DNA of 64,000 nucleotides. Origin: Schmidtea polychroa (taxonomy: Eukaryota). Positions 57,501 to 64,000 of the stretch are shown one piece after another (position 1 is the first letter of the stretch; every line of letters begins with the position of its first letter). The stretch spans positions 200,260,001 to 200,324,000 of the forward strand of contig CM097885.1 of NCBI GenBank assembly GCA_044892525.1, read 5' to 3'. The position numbers and the translations under genes are program-made. A model generated the notes under the pieces. That model was not told the origin of the DNA. It was given only the letters and a program-made list of their open reading frames with translations, and did not search any database.

Positions 57501-60500
57501 CATATTTCGGCTCCTGTCGGCCATCTTACCAGAATTGGTGATCTTTCTCCAGCTCCTTCATCGCTGTCTTCCAATATAATTTCCTCGATTTCCTCGGTTT
57601 CATTCGTTTTACTTGCCACTTTGTTAGGGCTTGGTGTACTCAAGCTACCTTTCGTAGGTTTACTGGATTTGCTCTTCCTTTTAATCGGTTTTCCCAATGT
57701 TTCTGCCATTGTCAATACATTGATCTCCCCCAATCTCATGGGTGTTATTCCGACATCTGCATTATCATCCAACGATTTTCCGAATAGTTGTAGGTGAAAT
57801 GGAGTTTCGTATGCTAATTTCTTTTTTAACTCTCTGATCTTTGTTGTTGGATGTACTTCTGTATCCTCAATGCTTTTGTCGGGATACTTGACTCGGATAC
57901 GATACCTTTCCTGGGTATCTTGTGCCCATTCTTGGTTTCTCCATTTCCTAATAATTTGTTCTAGCTGTTCTGGGTACCATTCGTTATATTGTCTGTATTC
58001 CTCAATCGCTTTCGCCATTTCTCTTAGATTGTGGATATTCTCTGATGTCTTTAGGATGATGTTAGCCAATGCTATTACTTGACGTTTTTGATTTTTTGTT
58101 CCCGTTGCTAAGATATCACCTAATTGTTTATATCTTTCCTTCTCTTCTCGTTCTCGAGCTTCCATCGCTTCTTCGCTGTCCATATCGGCATATTCGCGTT
58201 CTTTCTTTCTCATCGCATGAATATGTCTGGTTTCCGTTTCACTTTCTGATGTAACATCCGTTTCGCTTTCGTCGTCCGATGTCGATTCTATTTCGTCCTC
58301 TTCGTATTTTGGAGGTTCATCTTCCTCTTCTTCTGATTCGCTTTCTATCTCACCAATGTCTGTTTCCACGAAAATCCCTTTCCTGATTTCCCATTCTTTG
58401 TTTTCCGCATTCCACGTCCTTTCCCATGGGGTTCGTCTGCAGGATCTAACACTTAGTTTCTTTATTTTTCCTTGAAGCTCTTTTTCTTTTAGCCACTGTT
58501 GATGAATTTCAATTATCTCTACTGATTTTTGATATAGCGTTTTCATCCTGTCTCGTATTTCTTTCTGGTATGTTATATCTCTTGTTCGGAATTCGTCCAT
58601 GGGCAATATTCTGATGATTTGATGATTATCCCACATTCCCATTTCGCTTAGCGAGGTGTCGTCTTCGGCCCGTAATATTATTTTATCGTACATCATGACT
58701 ACGTCATCTATCATCCCGTCGCTACTCTCGCTTCGTACTTTTTCCGTTATCTCTTGGTTTATCTTGGTTACTAAGTCATCCACCGTACTCTGATTACTCA
58801 TCTTTATTCGTCGTTTCTCCTCGTTTGGTAACCATATGGTTATTTCTAATTTCTGCGGTTGCGTTTCTTTCAACCTTCCATATTTGTGGATCAAATTTAT
58901 GGTTCTCCAATCGCTCATCCTGAGCAATTCTGTATCTCGTAATCGGCTCATTAGTTCATGCATGTCTGGAGTTCGTCTTGCTATGAGTAAATCCCAGTTA
59001 TCTTCGACTTGTTCTTGAATTTGTTTGATTAATTTATCTAGATTTCGTCGCAAGGTGCATTGTTTTATTTGTTCCAGCTTCAGCTTGATGTTAAAATCAT
59101 ACTCGGCCTTGGCGTCTTTAGCCCATTCGTGAATATTTGCTGGTTGCTTCTCTTTATACAATTTCAATATTTGAGTTTCTCCTGGCCAGATCAATGCATC
59201 TATTAGGTGCATGTCTGGCTTAATTTGTTCTCCTTGATATTGATATAAATACTCTTTCTTTCTCGAGCTGCCCAAATGTTCTCTTATCCAATCAAAAAGC
59301 TCGTCTGTGACTGCATTTTTTATCCATATTCTCTCGAGTCCTTTACTCGTTCCGATTTTTATTACATAGCGTGTTGTCTCCGCTTGTTTCATTTTTTCCA
59401 TATACTTCTTTATTATCGCTTTTTCCTCGTTTGGTATTAGATCTTTTTCGTTTCTTTCTAGTTTCATTATCTTTTGTAAGAAGCGTTTATATGGTATAAG
59501 GTCGATGAACTCCTGGTTTCTTACTACCACTGGAAGTATTTCCTTTACTTGTTTTATCGCTTCTTCTCTTTCTTTTCTCAATTTCATTTCGATATTCTCG
59601 TCTTCGCTTTCGCTTGTCACGTCGCTTTCTCTTTCATCCTCATCTGCTCCGATCTTTTCTCTTAGTTGGTCGATATTTTCATTTAACTGTAACATTTCTC
59701 CACCAAGGCTACTCACATAATCCTCATCGTCATCTGTTGACAACACCTTCTTTGTTGTCCTCATCATATTAATTCGTAAATTTTTCATTCTTGGTACTTT
59801 CTTTAACTTTTTGTTCTCGAGTATCGTTAGCTCCTCTGAGTCTAATTCTCGTATCATATTATGCTTTAGATGATTAATCTGTTTTCCATTTTCGTTATTT
59901 TCTGCTTCTGCTTCTGTTTTTGTTTGCTCATTTTCTCTTTCGATTTTATCTTTTATCTTTTTCCAAAATATTTTCTGAATTCTCTGATTTCCTTTTAGCG
60001 GTGTTGTTGAATTTTCCTTTTTTGCTGCTGGAATTGTTTCTTTCGGTTTCTCTGGTTCGCTCATAGGTACAACTCTTGGATTTTTACCGTAATTGTAACA
60101 ATATTGCTCCTTTATCTCCTTTACCATCCTCATCATATTTATTCGTAGTGGTTGTTCTTGTCGCTGCTGAATTCGCTCTCTTTTTATCCTTTCTTCTTCA
60201 GCTTGTAGTCTTTGCCATTCTTGTGCATGTTGTTGCACTTCATAATTGTTAAGATTCTCGGTGCTTCTCATCATGCGTATATTCTGGGTTTGTTGTGGTA
60301 CTTGCTCTTGTCTCGGTCTCATCATTTGTTGCATCATCTGCTTCATTTGTGAAATTTCTTGCATCACATTCATTTGCTTTCCCTCACTAGGATTACTTTG
60401 TCGTTGCGGATTTGGTGCATAGTTATTATTTCGCTGTGGTGGTCGTTGCTGTTGGCTCCTTTCTCGACAGTCTCTTGAGATATGACCTGGTTGCCCGCAG

Positions 60501-61924
60501 TTAAAACATCCTCTCGATTGGCATATATTTTCCGTGTGTCCTCGTCGTCCACACCTATTGCAATTTGCGTTTCGGTAACAATCTCTATCCCAATGTCCTG
60601 GTTTACCGCATGTTCGGCATTGTTTGTTATCGTTCATATTTCGTCGATTATTAAAGTTGTTCCCATTGTTCGAGTTGTTGCGTTCACTGTTATTCCCGTT
60701 TGATCGTCCTTGTGGTGGTTTGAAAATTTGATGCGCACCTGGTATAAACTGATTCATCTTTGGTTCATGATTATTGTTATCTCCATTTTCCGTTTTCACC
60801 GCTGCTGTTGCGATTCTTCCTTCCTCTTGCATGACATTCATTTGTGCCGGGAGGTGTAGTTCGCATCTTGTGGCCCAATCTATAGCTTCCTCTAGTGTTT
60901 TACACATTTGACATCCCACCGAGGCCCTTACCTCTTCTCGGCGTAGTCCTTCTATGAAGTACCCAATTAAGTTTTCCTCCGGCAAGTTTCCGTTCATGGC
61001 CTTCTTTGCCAATCTTCGCAATTCACTTGCGTATAACGTAATTGACTCGTTTGCTCTTTGTTTTCTACTTGCCAGTTCACCTAACGCTTGATTTATCGGT
61101 TTGCTGGCTCCGAATGTTTTTCTCAAAAATGTTTTGATGTTTTCCCAATTGTCTAATTTCGTATTTCTTTCTTTTGCTTCCAGATACACTTCGAGTGCGC
61201 TATCGCACAAAAACAGAGGCATTCGTTTACTAATTGCTTCGGATGTCCATCCACACACATCGATATAGACTTCAAAATTGGTTATGAACGTTGCCAACTT
61301 GTTCGCATTCCCGTTGAACGGTTCGCCTCTAAATTTTTCTTTATATTCGTCGGTTTTTGCTACATTCATCTTGATTGGTTCTTGAAATGCTAAAATTTCT
61401 TTTAAATTTTCTAATGATGTAGCTAAATTATGGACGGATAATTCTTCTGTTGACCCGGTTAGGTTGTTTGTTATATCGGATAGACTTTCTCTACTTCTAG
61501 ATCGACTGGGCGTATGTCCGGCTGTGGGGTTTTCTTGATCGTATATCGGTGTTTTGTGGGGTCTTTTTGCTCCTTGTGATATTCCTCTCTGCTGCCTAAA
61601 TGATCGTCCTCTTTTGAGTTGATCTAATTCGTCTCCTGAAAATAATACGTCTCCTGGCTTACTTGAAGATCTAAGGTTGGGTTTATCCGTGATTTTCCTT
61701 TTACTCTTTTCTGTCTTTTCACGTGGATTTTCTACGGTTAGCGTCTGCTGAATTGGTCGAGTTCGGTTTTGATATTGTCTTCCTTTGTGCGGGTTCTGAA
61801 TTGCTTTTCCTGGGTTGTTTGTATATTCTCTGGATTCCTCTTGAGCTGGTTCTGAATTGACTTGGTTGGATTGATGTCTACAATGAAAATATGATATCGT
61901 GTTGCCTTTGCTTACACGAATCAA
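51560..61924 (-). CDS. Polyprotein N-terminal part: Gag, UBL x3, Bcl-2-like, envelope glycoprotein, PR, RT, RNase H, IN zinc finger
   Basis: Three CCHC knuckles; DTG protease (about 54130); YIDD RT (about 52915); DASG RNase H; H..RLGGH...CITC. Joined to 47487..51566 by a +2 slip in an (AT)n tract. First in-frame ATG at 61369. Confidence 0.95.
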   Translation of the reverse strand: MIRVSKGNTISYFHCRHQSNQVNSEPAQEESREYTNNPGKAIQNPHKGRQYQNRTRPIQQTLTVENPREKTEKSKRKITDKPNLRSSSKPGDVLFSGDELDQLKRGRSFRQQRGISQGAKRPHKTPIYDQENPTAGHTPSRSRSRESLSDITNNLTGSTEELSVHNLATSLENLKEILAFQEPIKMNVAKTDEYKEKFRGEPFNGNANKLATFITNFEVYIDVCGWTSEAISKRMPLFLCDSALEVYLEAKERNTKLDNWENIKTFLRKTFGASKPINQALGELASRKQRANESITLYASELRRLAKKAMNGNLPEENLIGYFIEGLRREEVRASVGCQMCKTLEEAIDWATRCELHLPAQMNVMQEEGRIATAAVKTENGDNNNHEPKMNQFIPGAHQIFKPPQGRSNGNNSERNNSNNGNNFNNRRNMNDNKQCRTCGKPGHWDRDCYRNANCNRCGRRGHTENICQSRGCFNCGQPGHISRDCRERSQQQRPPQRNNNYAPNPQRQSNPSEGKQMNVMQEISQMKQMMQQMMRPRQEQVPQQTQNIRMMRSTENLNNYEVQQHAQEWQRLQAEEERIKRERIQQRQEQPLRINMMRMVKEIKEQYCYNYGKNPRVVPMSEPEKPKETIPAAKKENSTTPLKGNQRIQKIFWKKIKDKIERENEQTKTEAEAENNENGKQINHLKHNMIRELDSEELTILENKKLKKVPRMKNLRINMMRTTKKVLSTDDDEDYVSSLGGEMLQLNENIDQLREKIGADEDERESDVTSESEDENIEMKLRKEREEAIKQVKEILPVVVRNQEFIDLIPYKRFLQKIMKLERNEKDLIPNEEKAIIKKYMEKMKQAETTRYVIKIGTSKGLERIWIKNAVTDELFDWIREHLGSSRKKEYLYQYQGEQIKPDMHLIDALIWPGETQILKLYKEKQPANIHEWAKDAKAEYDFNIKLKLEQIKQCTLRRNLDKLIKQIQEQVEDNWDLLIARRTPDMHELMSRLRDTELLRMSDWRTINLIHKYGRLKETQPQKLEITIWLPNEEKRRIKMSNQSTVDDLVTKINQEITEKVRSESSDGMIDDVVMMYDKIILRAEDDTSLSEMGMWDNHQIIRILPMDEFRTRDITYQKEIRDRMKTLYQKSVEIIEIHQQWLKEKELQGKIKKLSVRSCRRTPWERTWNAENKEWEIRKGIFVETDIGEIESESEEEEDEPPKYEEDEIESTSDDESETDVTSESETETRHIHAMRKKEREYADMDSEEAMEAREREEKERYKQLGDILATGTKNQKRQVIALANIILKTSENIHNLREMAKAIEEYRQYNEWYPEQLEQIIRKWRNQEWAQDTQERYRIRVKYPDKSIEDTEVHPTTKIRELKKKLAYETPFHLQLFGKSLDDNADVGITPMRLGEINVLTMAETLGKPIKRKSKSSKPTKGSLSTPSPNKVASKTNETEEIEEIILEDSDEGAGERSPILVRWPTGAEIWTTSQPSTSYQQPNKLSIEEIIDNTTETETDEQFQRQKGPTKATPEGQTDKIIDEWNEWLRNNDSSLPRTDNERNPNYENTREAGTMMEKRAKGRPKKQGEKPEFKTREQLKQEQGQVRLEKLDKIVWDLKEAQPTIERGEKWIRELVKDMLIITNPQLRRLWQRKVASVDARQLWNTISGIIPKLIKEKTKTTKTDWEETRRVIEQLTLNANDDEHHLVVLTYLMYNLMGLAARKIPNKQFANHVEMTVTIIENTIEPHIIRAGGWKRLIQAPRKNEQERSMQIRLKKLLNKLEWELPLKDPASRKASINSLMMTMMIWMLCTSGAAGFTIYDCDNSIIGERYSLRDIEECRQASPNKLDIVKKKVSYHVYQESDFIRTQARECVVSKKVLAYYCGQYSYSTLILPGLDKEIVPIQREDCKELFRTGAMRIRDGVTIHGQSGMIKTESIYVAGRVKSTDGSCNGGTYTIRGEVISGVVVIESYTVELKEYEAQFDANNYQMKTNPACRATENVCRTGISTIIYEANTQKCRLQLLKSALFNEVKGEIYENEDDDEENGNVRMRNGKPVPPSPKEKRLTTQKTPTALITDDPDIGMRFIREKETTKCDSIVYRTNYAGIYMSRQVIDRAVGKVATEDVKLYLYANNKMDFLFHRGQTTMQKVYYDLIQNDCSLNKEILKTKLAIAITHPDNTMPSLPLPDGHFGRMVGEVMYTYACTKTFARLPRKPTIPPGKCANELEISYKGRNRFVQPVTRIMNPIGFYPNTFNCSNAYGPLYEKPDGKWIMLPVKTEVQEPKKFGLIELATEQDFKPIDVSKTGMYSPEDLETARLNVLFPARRESILSNMVTITGGTNFQSGPNYELLLSPDHFQQATSNMMKAMWGRFLVFGQMMAGILGIILIIQIVRVILTQMLACFDIYKREKKVNWKLIVGFLPFLAKTMVLHGHSKDIHRIKRLIKILTKIKGTDEEVGRRFRKTMYDEATRTQLKKNKPKFLDRFRNRSNSSDSDDDDNGNDKYPYPSRNPNEKPIETAPYWEKEKTNTWIANGSYIPPDIVGQQTALTMTQNRYPQLPSQPGMNYMPTRRTKSVDQADDVRTIAVMSSPGGAAVTVMIQINGKETSAMIDTGANVSAIAINQIPSKCWKDIEQTTIHIIACSKETVDVVGRWWTTLRYQDNEIETYLAVIPKLSEPCIIGTDLMPELFKEVVIDLTTMCLKDKMGRICKMNAIIRCPEKIIVPAKSQMICQIKVDAGMEGEVIFEPSKSFEKRRELPLAREIITINEDGEIPINITNFEEEDKIIYENERLGRLTPMIDIELPKITNETTKADELWIIDSTLLTEKEKERLQQLLIEYKDIFAISDLDLGACDVTLHAIPLIDETPIALRPYKLAEKQKEIAEAEVQKMLDAQVIEPSCSPWQFPVVMVKKKDGTQRFCIDYRKLNAVTKRDTYPLPDINEMLLMLQGAAYFTSLDLKSGYWQIKVKEEDKEKTAFTLGRDLYQFRKMPFGLTNAPASFQRCMNFVTHGIKQCMVYIDDLLIYSATFEQHLEDIRNVFVRLRQWKLKLKPSKCDWAKEKVTFLGHIVSAKGKEPDPRNIEKIKTCPAPKTVTQVQEFLGLCGYYRKFIKNYAGIAKPIQELVKKDISFIWGAEQQKAFETLRDKLIEAPILVHPDFKKPFLLATDASGYAAGAILGQLDEEGKERVIGYYSRTFKKHEKNYSVTEREALAIIQAIKHFRYLLWGHEICITTDHQPLVWLGQHKEASSRLMRWAMQLQEYSPFIKFKAGRANANADCMSRFIFPDLVDHEMQRICLMVAEDLDFCQLRKDQQEDTELKQIIEYVKTGKAEVYEKDQKLKEHMDKHRHRYIIEKDWLLIMDGEKRLMCIPENRRKDLLTQYHDGRLGGHMSSKKTLARMKQKYFWPTLTEDVTEWVKNCITCATRKNTGTKWKAPLKPMPVPAEPMTMISMDVVGPLPESDRGNIYIYW
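54690..56576 (-). other. Envelope glycoprotein domain, chuvirus-G / herpes gB-like class III type
   Basis: Internal signal peptide ...WMLCTSGAAG|FTIYDC; Cys pattern ECVVSKKVLAYYCG.YS; CSLNKEIL...GEVMYTYAC...C.NEL.I.Y...FVQP.TRI; TM WGRFLVFGQMMAGILGIILIIQIV. Confidence 0.8.
56690..57090 (-). other. Bcl-2-like domain within the polyprotein
   Basis: BH2-like IEPHIIRAGGWKRLI preceded by a helical bundle with a W-containing BH1-like region; no NWGR motif. Confidence 0.6.
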
Positions 61925-62591
61925 TCATTCCTTTTTGCCACATTCAAGCACAGACACCGTTTTAGGGCCTCTGTTATACTTCTCTTCATTTCCCCTCATA
62001 CACTTCTTCGCGGAATATAATTACCCATCAACCCATATTTTTCGTCGATTTTAAATTATCTATTTGGGGTAGTAACAATTATCTATATAGTCGTATAAAT
62101 TATCTATAGTTAGCATTTATAATATCGATAGGTCGTTGTCAGTTACTGCTTATTACCTCCCATATTTTCTTAATCCTTTTACGCGGTTCCGCTATTTTAC
62201 TTAATCTTTCATCTCTGTTTCCCCTTATTTGGTTCTACTCTGTAACCAAAACAAAATTCGTTTAACCGGTTTAAACCAAAAAAAATTCTGTAGAACTTTG
62301 TCTACTTATCTGGGATCCCTTTTAATTAATTAATCACCTTCCTCTTTTACTCATCACTTATTCTTTATTTTCATTATCTCTTTAATTCATTTTCCTTTTC
62401 AGTTTCTCTTTCTCACTGAAAAAAAAATTTCATTATTACCTCCCACGAGCTCGTTTAATCCTTTCTAAATTCAAATACCATATTTCAAACTCACTTTGCT
62501 TCTAGCTAGCTTTAATATTCCATCTCACTAGTAATTTAAATGTTATCAACTTGTAGCTTGAATGCTATCTCACTATTACTTTAGGCCTTTA

Positions 62592-63029
62592 CGACTGGCT
62601 GGCACTTTTCAACAGCTCAATCTTCTTCTCCTGACCGGTTGGACTATTCAACAACTCGATCTTACGACTGGCTGGCACCATTCAACAGCTCAATCTTCTT
62701 CATCTCCGAACTGGCTGGACTTTTCACAGCTCAGTTTTAATTTTTCCTGACCGGCTGGACTTTTCAACAGCTCGGCCTTAATATCTCCGACTGGCTGGAC
62801 TTTTCACAGCTCAGTTTTAATTTTTCCTGACCGGCTGGACTTTTCAACAGCTCGGCCTTAATATCTCCGACTGGCTGGGCTTTTCACAGCTCAGTTTTAA
62901 TTTTTCCTGACCGGCTGGACTTTTCAACAGCTCGGCCTTAATATCTCCGACTGGCTGGACTTTTCACAGCTCAGTTTCAATTTCCCTGACCGGCTGGACT
63001 TTTCAACAGCTCGGCCTTAATGTCTCTAA
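62592..63029. repeat. Tandem array of ~40-bp monomers organised as 80-bp dimers, in the internal leader upstream of gag
   Basis: Four near-perfect 80-bp units 62711-63029 plus three diverged monomers 62592-62710. Confidence 0.95.
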
Positions 63030-63609
63030 ACTCTGCATGCTTCCGTTCCTTTTCTGTCTTTATTCTATACTGTCATCTTCCTATTTTTACTTTTATTTGT
63101 CGACTTAATCTGTACCGCTTTGGAAGGTTTCCCCTTTCCCCCCTTGCTTAAAACGCAAAACGATCGCATTGATCCATTTCTACATTGGTATGGTGATCAG
63201 CCATACCGCAGAAACTTTTCAATATTCGCGATGGTACCTCGCCTTACATCTCTTACTCGGGGTGATCGGTTGTCCCTTCCCAAATGGTTCCAATATCGTA
63301 CCTCCCGAAGGTGGCTCGGTTTATTCCCCCTTTAGCACTATGATGGGACTAGTTCCACTTTAAATAATCAATTTAAATTTTTAAAATGCCCTTTCTTCAT
63401 GGTGAAAATTATAACAACACAAATCGATTTATAACTTCGTATAATGAAATGAATACACAGAAAGGATTTATTAGTTATTTACTCCACATTACAGATAATA
63501 TATGCTATCATTATAAAACATTGCCGAATTAATTCAGAACAAAAATATCAAAAATGTTTAATCTAATTGTTAATCATCCAGTTTCCTTCACCGAGCGACG
63601 ATCGCATAC

Positions 63610-64000
63610 CTAACTGAAGTAGATGGTGTGCTTCTCTTTTATTACACATGTGCACATAGAACAACGGATTAAACCGGCGGCGCATTCGTCACAATGGCTA
63701 AGGTGCCCACAAGGTAGAATCAGAATTTTGACAGGTCGCATCTTGCAAATGTTACAAGTTCTCAAGGCCGCTGCTTTCTCTACTATTGATGTTCGTATCC
63801 GCTGAGACAGAGTTTTGACTCGTTCGCGTATCCTCACATATTCGATGTTCAGAGCGGGGTCGTCGAGACGTTGCTGAAACCATTGGTAATGAATAGACAA
63901 GTCGGTATCGGTATTTGTTGATCCTAATCTGTCGGTTAGAAAGTTTTGTTTGGATATCAGCGGTGCGTTGTGGCTTTGTTGTTCTAGCAGTTCTATTTGT
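63610..64000 (-). CDS. C-terminal IAP/MDM2-type RING finger protein, 5'-partial (frame open to the window edge)
   Basis: CNICKMRPVKILILPCGHLSHCDECAAGLIRCSMC...TIYFS; the 33 codons upstream of 63900 are also open. Confidence 0.8.
   Translation of the reverse strand, partial: QIELLEQQSHNAPLISKQNFLTDRLGSTNTDTDLSIHYQWFQQRLDDPALNIEYVRIRERVKTLSQRIRTSIVEKAAALRTCNICKMRPVKILILPCGHLSHCDECAAGLIRCSMCTCVIKEKHTIYFS

Larger units (their letters stand above)
38199..64000 (-). mobile_element. Giant Ty3/gypsy (Metaviridae) retrovirus-like element with env and accessory genes; 5' LTR lies beyond the window
   Basis: PR-RT-RH-IN order, CCHC Gag, GPY motif in IN, all large ORFs co-oriented; 25.8 kb in the window, so >=30 kb with a second LTR. 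Size class matches the Burro elements reported from Schmidtea mediterranea. Confidence 0.92.

Noticed and set aside
42624-60703. Many plus-strand and alternative-frame ORFs (e.g. 43187..43717, 47741..48169, 52689..53201)
   Set aside because: They are shadows of purine-rich minus-strand coding sequence: F/L/S-rich with no motifs.
62592-63029. CRISPR-like array
   Set aside because: The units are contiguous A/B tandem repeats without unique spacers; eukaryotic context; no cas genes.
61925-64000. 5' LTR or primer-binding site
   Set aside because: No similarity to 38199-42433 and no convincing tRNA-complementary TGG motif after a CA end.

Overview
AT-rich eukaryotic genomic DNA. The ~48-bp introns, the thyroid hormone receptor gene and the giant LTR element suggest a triclad planarian (Schmidtea-like); this is inference. 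There are three parts. (1) 1-5014: the right end of a decaying Polinton/adintovirus-like endogenous virus (pX-like core protein, packaging ATPase, PLA2-integrase fusion, disrupted major capsid protein), inserted into an old pogo transposase. It ends in an unusual 286-bp fold-back terminus. (2) 5015-38198: host DNA packed with TE relics (hAT, pogo/Tigger, piggyBac, Penelope with hammerhead-ribozyme motifs, gypsy solo LTRs). It holds one reconstructable 7-exon host gene on the minus strand, a divergent thyroid hormone receptor (NR1A) of 591 aa with a 19.3-kb intron. (3) 38199-64000: most of a giant (predicted >=30 kb) minus-strand Ty3/gypsy retrovirus-like element with a 4.2-kb 3' LTR. Its single ~4600-4800 aa polyprotein reads Gag - 3 ubiquitin-like domains - Bcl-2-like domain - class III-type envelope glycoprotein - PR - RT - RH - IN - ankyrin repeats - membrane protein. 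A recurring I/M-N-M-M-like motif marks the domain boundaries and may be the protease cleavage site. Separate accessory ORFs encode a full TRAF, an IAP-type RING, coiled-coil and membrane proteins, preceded by shared internal promoter-like motifs. This element is the best candidate for a poorly described system: an enveloped retroelement carrying an apoptosis/TNF-NF-kB/ubiquitin manipulation toolkit. All domain calls were made by eye from motifs; no database searches were run.
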